The position numbers were made by a program, and so were the translations under genes. Of a stretch of 64,000 bases of DNA, positions 31,273-41,253 are shown piece after piece. Source of the stretch: an uncultured Nitrososphaerales archaeon. Lineage in GTDB: Archaea; Thermoproteota; Nitrososphaeria; Nitrososphaerales; Nitrososphaeraceae. Each line of letters begins with the position of its first letter. The first letter of the stretch is position 1. Where the stretch lies: contig CAVOHZ010000010.1 of assembly GCA_963695855.1 (NCBI GenBank), positions 1,536,001 through 1,600,000 of the forward strand, written 5' to 3'. Under the pieces are notes generated by a model. It was given only the letters and a program-made list of their open reading frames with translations. It was not told where the DNA came from and did no database searches.

Positions 31273-31719
31273 TCAAGTTTCATCTTCATCATCTTCTTCA
31301 ACTAGTCTTTGATACAACTGAATACCCAAAAAACGTTCTATTTTTTTACATAATAATTCATCTGGTTTAATTCCTCCGCTTTCTATTTTTTTAAATAAGA
31401 TGACTTTTTCGTTAATCTTGTTGGCAACATATTCTTGAGTGTAACCTTTTTTCATCCTAGCTTGATGTATAATTTTGGCAAAATCTGGTTTCAATACACT
31501 ATCATCAAAAATATCAATTTTATTAGACCTAATCATGGAAGGTTTTTTAAATGAAGGCTTATCTTGTGTTTGTTTTATAACAAGTTTTTTTGCAGTAGGT
31601 GGTTGATACGCCTTCCCTCGTTTGGAACAAGATAAACATACATTAAAAAGACTACTATCGATAATAACAGTTTTTAGACCTTGTATTGGATTACCACATA
31701 ATTCACAAAAAGATGACAT
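31273..31719 (-). CDS. mbf1: archaeal multiprotein bridging factor 1
   Basis: N-terminal CELCG...CLSC zinc ribbon plus C-terminal HTH; next to hflX. Confidence 0.9.
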   Translation of the reverse strand: MSSFCELCGNPIQGLKTVIIDSSLFNVCLSCSKRGKAYQPPTAKKLVIKQTQDKPSFKKPSMIRSNKIDIFDDSVLKPDFAKIIHQARMKKGYTQEYVANKINEKVILFKKIESGGIKPDELLCKKIERFLGIQLYQRLVEEDDEDET

Positions 31720-32164
31720 ATATCAACAATACACAGAGCAAGAAATAAAGTCTTTTTCTTTTTGAGATGTAAATATAGTTTAGTATTATTATCCTGCAAT
31801 CTTATTATTTTTCTATGTGTAAAAGAAGCTGGTTTGTATATAATGATCAAATATGAGATACTTAACTTACACTAATCACTAATTCTGGCAGTTGACACAA
31901 CTGGTCTTACCACATCTTAGTCAAGGTAAATATCAAAGATAGTAATATACTAACAAAAAATTTGGATATAATTGATGTACCAAAATCAGATATCATATAT
32001 GAAATATTCTATTTAACTTTAGAATATTAAATTTAGTTATTTCGTGTACTTTATCAATTTTTGTATATACTAAAATTTATCATCATGGAAAAAGTCATTT
32101 TCAATGCTTTATAAAAAAAAATAAGAAAGATAAATATTTTGTTAAATAAGTATATTCAAAATCA

Positions 32165-32650
32165 TTGAAACCATTACTATTAGATCCAAAAAGAAAATTA
32201 ACTGGTCATATAAAGCTCATTTTTGATACAGAGGTAAGGAATGAGCTTCCAGAAATTCAGTGTGAATTCTCTAAAAAAACAGGTAGAATAAAGAATTTTA
32301 GTATTGATTCTAAATTATTTGCCACATTGCGCAAAGATGGTCATTTAGCCTTAACAATATTTGGTGCTGAGAAGATGATGGAATATAAAGAATTTAAACA
32401 AAATTGTGTGATACCCAAAGAAGAAGCAATACCGTTCATCATTAAAGGAAAATCGTTATTTTGTAAACATGTAGAGTGGTGTGGAAACAATATCAATATT
32501 GGTTCTGAGGTCGTAGTGATTGATAGAGATAAAAAAGTATTAGCAGTTGGAAAGTCAATATGCTCACATTTATTTATGAACAAACTTCAGCACGGTGTAG
32601 CGATAAAGATTAGAGAAGGAATAAAAAGCAGAAATTCCCCAGATAAATGA
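32165..32650 (+). CDS. PUA-domain protein (archaeosine TGT C-terminus-like)
   Basis: SKKTGRIK, GKSLFCKHV, VLAVG, VAIKIREG. Confidence 0.85.
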   Translation: MKPLLLDPKRKLTGHIKLIFDTEVRNELPEIQCEFSKKTGRIKNFSIDSKLFATLRKDGHLALTIFGAEKMMEYKEFKQNCVIPKEEAIPFIIKGKSLFCKHVEWCGNNINIGSEVVVIDRDKKVLAVGKSICSHLFMNKLQHGVAIKIREGIKSRNSPDK

Positions 32651-32661
32651 GGTAATAAGAA

Positions 32662-33000
32662 ATGATGCGTGGTGGAAATAGGGAAATGCGTAGAATGCTG
32701 GGAAAAATGGGTCTAGAAATGAATGAAATGGACGGAATAGAAGAAGTAATAATTAAAACTGAAACAAAGGAATTATTTTTAATAAAACCACAGGTAATTG
32801 AAATGAAAGGAAAGGATAGTACAATTTTCCAAATAATAGCAACGGATATCGAAGAAAAACAGAGAGAGATACCATCATTTAAAGATGAAGATATAGTCTT
32901 AGTAATGCAGCAGGCAAATGTATCAAAGGAAAAGGCAATTCAAGCACTAACCGATTCAAAAGGAGATCTAGCACAAGCTATCTTAACCTTAACTACATAA
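32662..33000 (+). CDS. nac: nascent polypeptide-associated complex protein
   Basis: MRRMLGKMG, EEVII, C-terminal UBA-like GDLAQAIL. Confidence 0.92.
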   Translation: MMRGGNREMRRMLGKMGLEMNEMDGIEEVIIKTETKELFLIKPQVIEMKGKDSTIFQIIATDIEEKQREIPSFKDEDIVLVMQQANVSKEKAIQALTDSKGDLAQAILTLTT

Positions 33001-33070
33001 ACGATAAGATTAATTAAAGAGTAAGATTAGTTATGAAATGTTATAGGTTATTTTGGTCTTAATACAGATC

Positions 33071-33150
33071 CTATTTGAAGTCTATTTTAGATTGAACTTT
33101 TGAAAACAATAGCCTATCAAAAAAAGTTCAATTCTAAAAATTCTTCATAG
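33071..33150. repeat. long imperfect inverted repeat between convergent genes
   Basis: TTTTAGATTGAACTTTT versus AAAAGTTCAATTCTAAAA, extended by TGAAG/CTTCA. Confidence 0.55.
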
Positions 33151-33409
33151 TTGTTATAATTTGGTACGTTAGATTAAATTCTCTTGCTATAAGTAGTAAA
33201 CATGGCATAAAAATATCCTAGTTTTTTAGAACAAAAAGAATCTACATGAATATGAGAAATTATGTAACGGCAGTAAACGCTTTTATCTTAATTGATATAC
33301 TTTCAAAATTCTTGAATATCATCATAATAAATCCTATTAGAACGCCTAAAAGGATAGAAATGCTGAACACTAAATTTGTTCATCGAATGTTACCTAAGTT
33401 TACAAAGAA

Positions 33410-33979
33410 TCATCTTTGATTGTTATTTATTCTTCTTATTCTTTTATTAAATAATTCGATATATTCTTTATAAAGGAATAATGCAGCAACTGTCTTGCAA
33501 TCAACTATTTCACCTGTTACACATTTTTTAATGGCAGTTTGAAATGAATATTTTTTTAATTTAATATTTTCATCATCGTCCAAATATTGTTTATTATAGC
33601 TCTTTTTTAAATCAGTTACCAAGAAAATATACATCAATTCTGTGTCATATCCCGGTGCTAAATACCATTGAGTTAAAAAAGTAAATTTTCCTGAGTATCC
33701 TATTTCTTCTAATAATTCTCGTTTTGCAGCTTGTTCTTTGTTTTCTCTATTTTCAATTTTTCCCGCTGGAATTTCTAAGAGAACCTTTCCTGCAGCACGT
33801 CTATATTGAGTGATCAAGAAAATATCATTATTTGGGAGAATTGGAATAATACCAACAGAAGGAGAATGTTCAACAACTTCTTTTTGAATTCTTTTTCCTT
33901 CCAGCACAAATTCATCCATTCGAACAGATATTTTTCCTGAATAAACTTTCTTACTGCTTAATAATTTGATGTCTTTCAT
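33410..33979 (-). CDS. NUDIX hydrolase, ADP-ribose pyrophosphatase-like
   Basis: LEIPAG...AAKRELLEEIG Nudix box. Confidence 0.9.
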   Translation of the reverse strand: MKDIKLLSSKKVYSGKISVRMDEFVLEGKRIQKEVVEHSPSVGIIPILPNNDIFLITQYRRAAGKVLLEIPAGKIENRENKEQAAKRELLEEIGYSGKFTFLTQWYLAPGYDTELMYIFLVTDLKKSYNKQYLDDDENIKLKKYSFQTAIKKCVTGEIVDCKTVAALFLYKEYIELFNKRIRRINNNQR

Positions 33980-34103
33980 ATATTTTTCATCTCTACACGT
34001 AAAATATTCTTTCCTAGAATAATATTAATTCTCAATACTGAAGGCAATATTCATTATAGCTAAAAATAAGTTATTTATATGACATTTATGAAAAAGTATA
34101 TGG

Positions 34104-34538
34104 ATGAATTTCATTGACGGCGATAGGAATATTTTAGTTCCTAAATCTGTCAGGCCAATAATGGATTATGATAAAACAATTTTAGGTAGTAGAAAAAATG
34201 CAAAAAAACAATATAGATATGGAAATTTACATATCAGAGAATATAATGACTATTATAGTCTACACATGGATAGTGTAGATCCTAGAGAGGATCCTATCGG
34301 ACATTTAATAAAAGATGCTCCAGAAGAAATAATATGCTTAATTTTAGCATCATCTTTTGGTAGCAAAATAGGAAGATCGTATTATAATAAGAAAAAAAAT
34401 GGAAATGACAAAACCTCATCTGCAATCTCAAAGGCAGCAATAATGGGTACTTTGACAGGAATTACAACGTATTTTGTATCTAAATATATTTCTAACATCA
34501 TCAAAAAAAATAGCCGAATAAATATTGAAGACGAGTAG
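34104..34538 (+). CDS. conserved hypothetical protein with C-terminal hydrophobic segments
   Basis: QYRYGNLHIREY, HMDSVDP, GHLIKDAPE motifs. Confidence 0.75.
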   Translation: MNFIDGDRNILVPKSVRPIMDYDKTILGSRKNAKKQYRYGNLHIREYNDYYSLHMDSVDPREDPIGHLIKDAPEEIICLILASSFGSKIGRSYYNKKKNGNDKTSSAISKAAIMGTLTGITTYFVSKYISNIIKKNSRINIEDE

Positions 34539-36093
34539 CATGGGTAAAAAAAGTTCTAAAATACAGATCATAAGAATCATTATTAAATTATTTCCTATAA
34601 TAATCAATTTTAGAAGAGACAGAAGAGAATGGGTAAAAAAAGAAGGAAAAGATATTGATGAAAGAAAATATATATGCCATGCAAAAATGGCATTAAAAGT
34701 ATTCATTGAATTGGGACCTTCATATATAAAATTAGGCCAATGGTTATCTTCCCGTTCAGATATATTACCACAACCATATCTAGAAGTTCTTTCGACATTA
34801 CAAGACGACGTACCAGTTGAACCTTTTGAGAAAGTCAAAAAAACTATTGAAGAAGAATTGGGACAAATCGACTTAATTTTTGAATCATTTAATATCGAGG
34901 CTTTTTCTGGAGCAAGTCTTGGACAAGTATATCATGCAAAATACAGAGGAAAAGATGTTGTTGTAAAAGTGGCAAGACCGAATATAGAACAAATTGTTGG
35001 AAATGATATTTCAATTATGAAAAGACTTATTCCTATTGGAACAAGATTTATTGATCCTAACTTGCGCTTCTCGGTAGAGGGTATGTTTTCACAATTTATT
35101 GAGACAGTCTATGAGGAAATGGATTATTTAAAGGAAGCAAAAAATTTGTTAACTATTAAAAAAAATTTAAAAAATGAAAAAAATATTGTGATTCCTAATC
35201 TATTACCTGAAATGACTTCAAAACATATCATCACTACAGAATATGTACCGGGTATAAAAATTACAGATATAAAATCATTAGATAAAATGGGTATAGATAG
35301 ACAAAAATTAGTTATACTTCTACATCATATTTTTTTTAAAATGTTATTAAGAAATAGTATTTTTCATTCCGATCCTCATCCAGGAAATATAGCAGTCAAA
35401 GATGACGGATCTATTATTCTGTATGATTTTGGAATGGTTGGAAGACTGGATAATGAAACGAGACTTCTGTTAATAAGACTATATCTTGGTCTAATAGATA
35501 AGGACCCTATCAGAACTGTTGATGTACTTATCCAATTGGGAACTCTAGAACACACGGTAAATCGCAGTGTGGTAGAAAAAGCATTAGAATTGAGCATTAG
35601 ATCTTTGCATGGAAAAAAAGTTGACAGGATGGAAGTTAAATCATTGATGGATCTATCTAACAAGACATTAAGTAAATTTCCATTTAGATTACCCAAAAAC
35701 CTAGCTTTATACATGAGAATGACTTCAATTTTGGAAGGAATTTATAATCAACATAGAATTAAATTTCAATTTGCCAAGGTTTTATCAAATTTATTAGAAC
35801 AAGAAGGGCTTTTAAAAGAGGCGTATATTGAAGAACTAAAATTTTCGTTTCAAAAATTCTTAAAAAATATAGAAATCTCATCTAATTTGTCAGAAATGCT
35901 AAAAACATATTTAGAGAATCAAGATTCTAGAACTAAAACCGTTAACAAACATCATAGAATTATTGCAGTAAGCATCTTTTCTTCAGCTTTGTTTATAGGA
36001 TCAGCTATTTTATTTTCATACAACCAAATATTTTCTTATATGGGGTTAGTTGGCTCTGGTATTGTATTTTTATTAAATTTTGTTAAAAAGTAA
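34525..36093 (+). CDS. AarF/UbiB/ABC1 atypical kinase
   Basis: LGPSYIKLGQ, ASLGQVY, FHSDPHPGN, DFGMVG, two C-terminal TM helices. Confidence 0.92.
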   Translation: MKTSSMGKKSSKIQIIRIIIKLFPIIINFRRDRREWVKKEGKDIDERKYICHAKMALKVFIELGPSYIKLGQWLSSRSDILPQPYLEVLSTLQDDVPVEPFEKVKKTIEEELGQIDLIFESFNIEAFSGASLGQVYHAKYRGKDVVVKVARPNIEQIVGNDISIMKRLIPIGTRFIDPNLRFSVEGMFSQFIETVYEEMDYLKEAKNLLTIKKNLKNEKNIVIPNLLPEMTSKHIITTEYVPGIKITDIKSLDKMGIDRQKLVILLHHIFFKMLLRNSIFHSDPHPGNIAVKDDGSIILYDFGMVGRLDNETRLLLIRLYLGLIDKDPIRTVDVLIQLGTLEHTVNRSVVEKALELSIRSLHGKKVDRMEVKSLMDLSNKTLSKFPFRLPKNLALYMRMTSILEGIYNQHRIKFQFAKVLSNLLEQEGLLKEAYIEELKFSFQKFLKNIEISSNLSEMLKTYLENQDSRTKTVNKHHRIIAVSIFSSALFIGSAILFSYNQIFSYMGLVGSGIVFLLNFVKK

Positions 36094-36190
36094 GTTAAAG
36101 GTAACAATTAGAAATTATTAATACTAAAATTATTATCTAGGAATTTATCCTCTTAATTTTTATTTTAGATGTTTATATTTAATTTGGATC

Positions 36191-37462
36191 ATGGATATTT
36201 TTTTGCCCAGTGTTGTTTTTAATGCATTATCATTTACTAATTTAGGATCATCTGAATTCATCGTACAAGATTTTGCAGTTATTATGGTAATGGCAGCTGT
36301 TATGCTTTTCATAACACATAAATTAAAACAGTCAATGGTTGTCGGATATTTATTAGCTGGAATGATTATTGGTCCATATACACCCCCTTTTTCACTTATC
36401 CGAAATGTAGAAACGATAAATGTATTCGCAGAACTTGGAATAATCGTGCTTTTATTTGTTATAGGAATTGAATTCCCAATAGCTAAACTGAGACAAATAG
36501 GAAGAATTTCTATGGTAGTTGGATTGACTGAATCGATAGGAACAATGTTGATTACTTTTTTTGTTGCTCAAAATTTAGGTTTTACAGTTTTTGATTCAAT
36601 GTTTTTGGCCTTGGCCATGTCAATAACAAGTACAGTTGTTACAATAAAGATACTGGAAGAAATGGGAAAAATAAAGGAGCGATCATCAATATTGATTCTT
36701 GGTGTTTTGATCGTTGAAGACATTATAGCGGTTACAACTTTGGCCATACTTCAATCCATAGCAGCAGCCTCAGGTACAGACGATATTTCCATTATATCGA
36801 TCTCAATTTCGATCGCTATTGCAATAGTATTCATCGGTACTATTCTTATTCTCGGTTCAAGATTTTTACCAAACTTGATAGATAAAATTGGAAAAACTAA
36901 TGATTATGCTCTGCTTCTAATTGTAATCTTGGGACTTGCATTTGGATTATCTTTTATTGCAAATATTTTAGGTTTATCAGTAGTAATTGGGGCATTCTTA
37001 GCCGGAGTTCTAGTTGCCGAATCAAAAAGTGCTACAGTTGCAAAAGTTATTACTATACCTTTAAGAGATATATTTTCTGCTTTATTCTTTATATCCATAG
37101 GAGCTTTGGTCAATATTTCTGTTATACCGATGTTCATAATTCCAGCAATGATATTGATATTAACAGCATTTGCATCGAAACTGCTGCTGGTTTTAGCAGT
37201 ATTAGCAAAATCTAAATTTGACAACATAGATCGACTCAAGGCAGGATTAGGATTAGCCAGTGCAAAAGGAGAGATGTCTCTTGTCATTGCAAAAGGAGGA
37301 CAGGATGTTGGTGCTATTACCTCGTCAGTTCTTCCAATATTAAGCGTAGTAACAATCATAACGGCTTTTGCATCTCCATATATAATCAGATTTGCACATA
37401 ACATAAAATCCACAAAAACAGAATATAAAGGGGATGATGAAGTAAAAACGAATATAGATTAA
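36191..37462 (+). CDS. CPA2-family cation:proton antiporter
   Basis: Polytopic; GYLLAGMIIGP, LIVEDI, GAFLAG, FFISIG. Confidence 0.9.
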   Translation: MDIFLPSVVFNALSFTNLGSSEFIVQDFAVIMVMAAVMLFITHKLKQSMVVGYLLAGMIIGPYTPPFSLIRNVETINVFAELGIIVLLFVIGIEFPIAKLRQIGRISMVVGLTESIGTMLITFFVAQNLGFTVFDSMFLALAMSITSTVVTIKILEEMGKIKERSSILILGVLIVEDIIAVTTLAILQSIAAASGTDDISIISISISIAIAIVFIGTILILGSRFLPNLIDKIGKTNDYALLLIVILGLAFGLSFIANILGLSVVIGAFLAGVLVAESKSATVAKVITIPLRDIFSALFFISIGALVNISVIPMFIIPAMILILTAFASKLLLVLAVLAKSKFDNIDRLKAGLGLASAKGEMSLVIAKGGQDVGAITSSVLPILSVVTIITAFASPYIIRFAHNIKSTKTEYKGDDEVKTNID

Positions 37463-37542
37463 TACTCAAATAGAGATTTAAACGTTATTCAATTACAAGT
37501 AAAAAAAGGATTTAAATTACTATTTATCCAATATTAAATAGA

Positions 37543-38106
37543 GTGTCTTCTGGAATTAAAACTAATGAAAGTCCTCGCCATTTCATGGTTTTGGATGCAT
37601 TAGCTAGAGGAATTAAGGATCTCAATAAGATTTCAAAAATAACAAAACTGACTAGAGAGGAAGTTGAATTGATATCAAATGATTTAATATCCCAAAAACT
37701 GGTAATAAAAAAAGAGAAAAGGAGTTTTTTCGGTAACAAAAAAATAGAAATTTCAATAACAGAAACTGGCATTAGACTTTTAAATGCAAAGAAAGAAGAG
37801 TTGGAACAAAAATGGCGTAAAGCTCAACAGATTTACAACAATGGTCAAGGCAATAAAGCACAATTACAAACGTTTATGGAAGATAATAGATCGTGGATGC
37901 CATTAATGTTGTTTATGGGTATAACAGATATTCTATTTTTTATGACAATGATGTCATTTGTAGGTATGGCATTGACTCCTATGGAACATTCTATGGCTGG
38001 CGACTCTGGAACAGAAGCTGCAGGAGGAGATACAGGCTCTGAGATGGATAGTGGAGATACCGGAGATTTTGGGGGTTTCGATGGTGGTGGATTCGGAGAC
38101 TTTTAA
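37543..38106 (+). CDS. winged-helix-like protein with hydrophobic segment and Gly/Asp-rich tail
   Basis: wHTH-like N-terminus ending ITETG, Met/Phe-rich helix, tail GDFGGFDGGGFGDF. Confidence 0.7.
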   Translation: MSSGIKTNESPRHFMVLDALARGIKDLNKISKITKLTREEVELISNDLISQKLVIKKEKRSFFGNKKIEISITETGIRLLNAKKEELEQKWRKAQQIYNNGQGNKAQLQTFMEDNRSWMPLMLFMGITDILFFMTMMSFVGMALTPMEHSMAGDSGTEAAGGDTGSEMDSGDTGDFGGFDGGGFGDF

Positions 38107-38247
38107 AAATAATGCTAGCAAAAGATAATAAAATATAATAATAAATTCTATCCGCCTATTGAACAAAGATTATAAAAATTGATTCTATAGACATAAAAAA
38201 ATGATATAATTTACAACAAATTATATTGCATACAATCATCAGGAAAA

Positions 38248-38760
38248 TTAATTTTTAAGATCGTGAATGGTCTTATTGTCAATATTATACAAATTGTTAT
38301 AATGGGTTGTAGAGGAAAAACAATTTTGACTGTTATTACAAGATAAATCTTTTGAAGATGATATTGGAAGAGAATATACATATTCTCTAAGTCTTTTTGT
38401 TCTGAGTAATTTTCCTTTTGTACAATATCTCGATAAATATGTAGAAATTACACTCAACTTAATCGGCTCTTCATATCTTTCTTCGTACAATTGAGCAATA
38501 TCTGAAGAAGTAAAAGATATTCTACTAAATGATTGCTCTATTACAGTCCATATCTTTGAATCCACAGATAATATTTCTTTATCATTATCTGTAATAAAGC
38601 TCGTAATATTATTAGATGGTTTTCTACCAGATTGAACTATATCCATTAATTCCATTATATGTGCAATCTTCTCTTTTGAAAAATTTCCCTCTAACGAAAG
38701 GTTATATTTATCTCCTTCGCTATCTTCTAATTCTATCTTTATCCGTTTTTTCGAGCTCAA
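38248..38760 (-). CDS. conserved hypothetical protein, C-terminal wHTH-like domain
   Basis: KKRIKIEL, FTSSDI, LSVISTYLSR. Confidence 0.75.
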   Translation of the reverse strand: MSSKKRIKIELEDSEGDKYNLSLEGNFSKEKIAHIMELMDIVQSGRKPSNNITSFITDNDKEILSVDSKIWTVIEQSFSRISFTSSDIAQLYEERYEEPIKLSVISTYLSRYCTKGKLLRTKRLREYVYSLPISSSKDLSCNNSQNCFSSTTHYNNLYNIDNKTIHDLKN

Positions 38761-38902
38761 AATGAAAGATCTTTAATAACTTTAGAATTACCGGTTTTTA
38801 ACATCAATAGTAAAAAAAAATATAATCATAGCTCAGCTTTTTTTAACCACATCAGTATTTTACGTGTTTCAAATCAATTAGTAGTTTTTAGTTGTAGAAA
38901 TA

Positions 38903-39200
38903 TTATCCAAACTTTTTAGCAGAATATCTTATTTTCAATCTAATTAACACCAAATTTGTAATAACACCGACCGCATTTCCCCAAATAATTATCAGATCAT
39001 CTATGATAACTCCATAAATAACATATAAAAATAAGCCAACAGTTAAATAAAAAACTAGCCAAAACGAAACATCATCCATCTTTCTTGTCTTTAGTCCTTT
39101 AATTATTTGTGGAATACTACTGTATCTAGTGAGTATAGTAGCTGAGTCTTATAAGAAAAACTAAAAGAGTCGATTGAGATGAAATAGTAAATTCAATCAT
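38903..39200 (-). pseudogene. frameshifted SemiSWEET/PQ-loop transporter
   Basis: ATG at 39200 gives MIEFTISSQSTLLVFLI..; another frame continues SATILTRYSSIPQIIKGLKTRKMDDVSFWLVF...IYG...WGNAVG...LKIRY to TAA at 38903. Confidence 0.8.
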
Positions 39201-39430
39201 AAAGAAAGATAAAAAAAAGACGCTTTTATACTATATATTTTTCAGTTTCTATGTTTATTATTTTTCAATTATAATTTGGAATAAATTAGAATTTTGAACT
39301 AATAACATATAGGATATGATTTTAAGAAATGATCCCTTCAATTCAACACATAATTTTAAAGACATAAAAAACTAAATTGAATATGATAAAAAATTGTTTA
39401 AAAATAAAATAACATTTAGCAAGTTTAGAT

Positions 39431-40021
39431 TTATTCGATATTGATCTGGACTCCACTACTAATAATATTTTTCTTTTTAAATGTTATTTCTAATACTCCA
39501 TTCCTATACTGCGATCGTCCTGTTGTCGGTTCTACTGGCTCTGGAAAATCAATTTTTTTATGGTAACGTTGCTTAGATGACGTTGAAGATGAAATTGTTA
39601 GGGTGTTTTCATTAGCATTTAATCGTAAATCTTCTTTTTCAACTCCAGGCAATTCTGCAACAACTTTTATTTCTTCTTTGCCCATTATCACATCAATTAG
39701 AGGTTCCCTTTCATCTTGTATTTCTGTTGAGTCACTTGCAAGAGTATGAGAAAAAGCATCTATGTTTCCAAATTTTCTTATTATTGGTTTTCCATCTTCG
39801 CCAATCTTTACTGAATATCCGTATACTATAGGACCATATTCTTTTATAGTTGAACCATCATCTAATTTACGTTCTTTTATGAATTTTTTTGGAACTGGTT
39901 GTTCAAAATGTTGAAATGCTTCTCCCATCATTTTTTCCATTTCTCGCATCATAGTATCAATATCTGGAAACCAACTTCCAAGTCTTCTTTTTCTGAACCA
40001 TTCGTCAAATGGATATGTCAT
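39431..40021 (-). CDS. hsp20: archaeal small heat-shock protein Hsp20
   Basis: GPIVYGYS, REPLIDV, AELPGVEK, YRNGVLEI. Confidence 0.92.
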   Translation of the reverse strand: MTYPFDEWFRKRRLGSWFPDIDTMMREMEKMMGEAFQHFEQPVPKKFIKERKLDDGSTIKEYGPIVYGYSVKIGEDGKPIIRKFGNIDAFSHTLASDSTEIQDEREPLIDVIMGKEEIKVVAELPGVEKEDLRLNANENTLTISSSTSSKQRYHKKIDFPEPVEPTTGRSQYRNGVLEITFKKKNIISSGVQINIE

Positions 40022-40053
40022 AAAAATAAGAAATCTTATCAGATATTAATAAG

Positions 40054-41193
40054 TTATTCCTGTTGAAATTCTTTATCTAATTCCTTCAAAAGCCACTTCT
40101 GTTTATCTGTGAGTATATTTGGAATACGAACATGAATTCTGACCAGTTGATCGCCTTTTCCATAACTTCCATATCTTGGTAATCCCTTTCCTTTAAGTCT
40201 CAAGATGGTATCAACAGATGTTCCAGGTGGAATTTTTAATTTTTCATTTCCTTGTAGAGTCGGAACTTTTACTTCTGTTCCCAAAACTAGACTTGTATAA
40301 TCAAGATTCAAATCATGTAATATGTGTCCATCGTCTAACCTTTCAAATAATCGATGTGGAAGTACATGTACTCGGATCAATAGATCTCCTGGAGAACCAA
40401 CATCAGAGTATTCTCCCTCCCCACTTAATTGTAATGTCATCCCATCTTCGACACCAGAAGGAATACTAATTTTAAGTTTCTTTTTTACCTTAATTTTACC
40501 AGATCCTCTGCACATATTACATGGATTCTCAATAACTTCACCTTTTCCATTACAACTTTGGCATGTTTCCAACGAAATAAATGTTGAAAACCGATTTTGA
40601 TTATATACTCTACGTGTTTGCCCCCGTCCATTACACACACTACAGACTTTAGGTTTGCTTCCTTTTGATGCTCCTGTTCCATTACAATCACTACACTTGT
40701 CAAACTTTGGCACCTCGATTTCATCTTTTCTTCCCTTCAAAACATCTTCTAAAGAGAGTTCAACATCATACAAGATATCACGGCCTCGCCTTCTTTCACT
40801 TCCTCCTATATTAAAGCTAAAGCCAGCAAATGGATCTCCCGATGAAAATCCTCCTCTGCCACCAAACATTTGCTCAAATATCGTTTTTGCAAAGCCCCCA
40901 AAACCCATATCTTTGAATATTTCCTCAAAATTGGCTTCAGAGCCTCTAAACGCTTCATCAGTGCCAACGTGACCATATGTATCATACCGCTTTCTTTTAT
41001 CGTCATCAGATAGGACGGCATATGCTTCTGAAATTTCTTTAAATTTCTCTTCAGCATCTGAAGACTTATTTCTGTCAGGATGAAATTTTAAAGCAAGTTT
41101 GCGATAACTATTTTTAATTTCATCTTTAGTAGCAGTTTTTTGTACTCCTAAAACCTCATAATAATCTTTTTTACTTGTCATTAACCTACTCAC
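40054..41193 (-). CDS. dnaJ: chaperone DnaJ
   Basis: HPD, G/F region, four CxxCxGxG repeats. Confidence 0.97.
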   Translation of the reverse strand: MSRLMTSKKDYYEVLGVQKTATKDEIKNSYRKLALKFHPDRNKSSDAEEKFKEISEAYAVLSDDDKRKRYDTYGHVGTDEAFRGSEANFEEIFKDMGFGGFAKTIFEQMFGGRGGFSSGDPFAGFSFNIGGSERRRGRDILYDVELSLEDVLKGRKDEIEVPKFDKCSDCNGTGASKGSKPKVCSVCNGRGQTRRVYNQNRFSTFISLETCQSCNGKGEVIENPCNMCRGSGKIKVKKKLKISIPSGVEDGMTLQLSGEGEYSDVGSPGDLLIRVHVLPHRLFERLDDGHILHDLNLDYTSLVLGTEVKVPTLQGNEKLKIPPGTSVDTILRLKGKGLPRYGSYGKGDQLVRIHVRIPNILTDKQKWLLKELDKEFQQE

Positions 41194-41253
41194 TGAAAAA
41201 TAATAAAATTATAGTTGGGCCAAACATATGATATCTTGTTTGTTCTTATTAAA

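Noticed and set aside
31720-32164. 445-nt gap between mbf1 and the PUA gene, where pan lies in some archaea
   Set aside because: No AAA remnant, credible ORF or RNA structure seen; probably divergent promoters
33260-33370. Short hydrophobic minus-strand ORF (VFSISILLGVLIGF...)
   Set aside because: Only about 36 codons with a GTG start; hydrophobic ORFs arise easily in T-rich DNA
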